From Acutalibacteraceae bacterium (GTDB lineage Bacteria > Bacillota > Clostridia > Oscillospirales > Acutalibacteraceae), in the NCBI GenBank assembly GCA_045590895.1, contig JAZNRU010000002.1, positions 1,577 through 65,576 on the forward strand: a DNA stretch of 64,000 nt. Reading direction: 5' to 3'. Position 1 is the stretch's first letter, and every line of letters begins with the position of its first letter. A model generated the notes under the pieces. That model was not told where the DNA came from. It saw only the letters and a program-made list of their open reading frames with translations, and did not search any database. Shown here piece by piece: positions 63,869 to 64,000 of this stretch. The position numbers and the translations under genes were made by a program.

Positions 63869-64000
63869 AATCCGATCGACTTGCGGAAAGTTGAGAGATA
63901 GCAAAATAAGATAAATTATGATTTATCATACTCTGTTTAAGCAACATCCCCTTTATTTCCGTGAATAATCATTAAATCAGCGGTCTGCTTTTCGCATTGA

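Noticed and set aside
1-64000. Search for mobile elements, tRNA/rRNA, CRISPR-Cas, restriction-modification, retron/DGR, toxin-antitoxin or prophage genes
   Set aside because: I recognised no transposase, integrase, recombinase, reverse transcriptase, Cas or methylase motifs in any long ORF. I noticed no tRNA-like cloverleaf regions or long direct or inverted repeats flanking a segment. Intergenic regions are short and explained by promoters and terminators. A computational scan (tRNAscan-SE, Infernal/Rfam, DefenseFinder, ISfinder BLAST) would be needed to exclude small elements.

Overview
This looks like a chromosomal, mostly housekeeping segment from a low-GC Gram-positive anaerobe. AGGAGG-type ribosome-binding sites, a perfect CIRCE element upstream of hrcA, DinR-type SOS boxes and TTGACA/TATAAT promoters support that. 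The repeated 'DARLALRAAVGLE' dockerin style suggests Clostridia, Oscillospiraceae/Ruminococcaceae-like; that placement is inference only. I call about 45 protein-coding genes and found no rRNA, tRNA, CRISPR array, transposase, integrase or prophage. Recognisable content, in order: a surface-protein 3' end; two tandem GPH sugar symporters; a CX5R phosphatase; a four-gene SPFH / DUF4428 / Zn-ribbon / TPM membrane operon (YdjG/H/I-like, no pspA); glnA; an aldehyde dehydrogenase; an M14 peptidase plus NUP-like pair; a GH38 alpha-mannosidase; an XRE regulator; a DEDDh exonuclease; gldA; three large secreted proteins; lexA divergent from an M23 peptidase; a giant double metallophosphoesterase; a PASTA pseudokinase; hrcA-grpE-dnaK-dnaJ; clpX-clpP-tig; thrC; tldD-pmbA; lon-engB; ppa; an ECF sigma/anti-sigma pair; a two-gene ABC exporter; an LRR protein; a family-4 UDG; and a cohesin-like surface protein. 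No classical defence or mobile system is visible. The most interesting signals are: (1) five dockerin-bearing non-cellulolytic enzymes scattered among core genes, plus one cohesin anchor with an atypical sorting signal; (2) a 1618-aa secreted orphan protein; (3) a C-terminal 'PDDP linker + K/F/I amphipathic helix' module shared by that orphan and the surface protein at the window start; (4) a PASTA-domain pseudokinase that lacks its catalytic residues and sits just upstream of the giant phosphoesterase; (5) an intact membrane-anchored M23 peptidase in the yneA-like position divergent from lexA, with two SOS boxes between them; (6) the SPFH/TPM/Zn-ribbon operon with tandem Zn-ribbons and Q/P/Y-rich repeats. 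All functional calls rest on motif recognition by eye, since no database search could be run.
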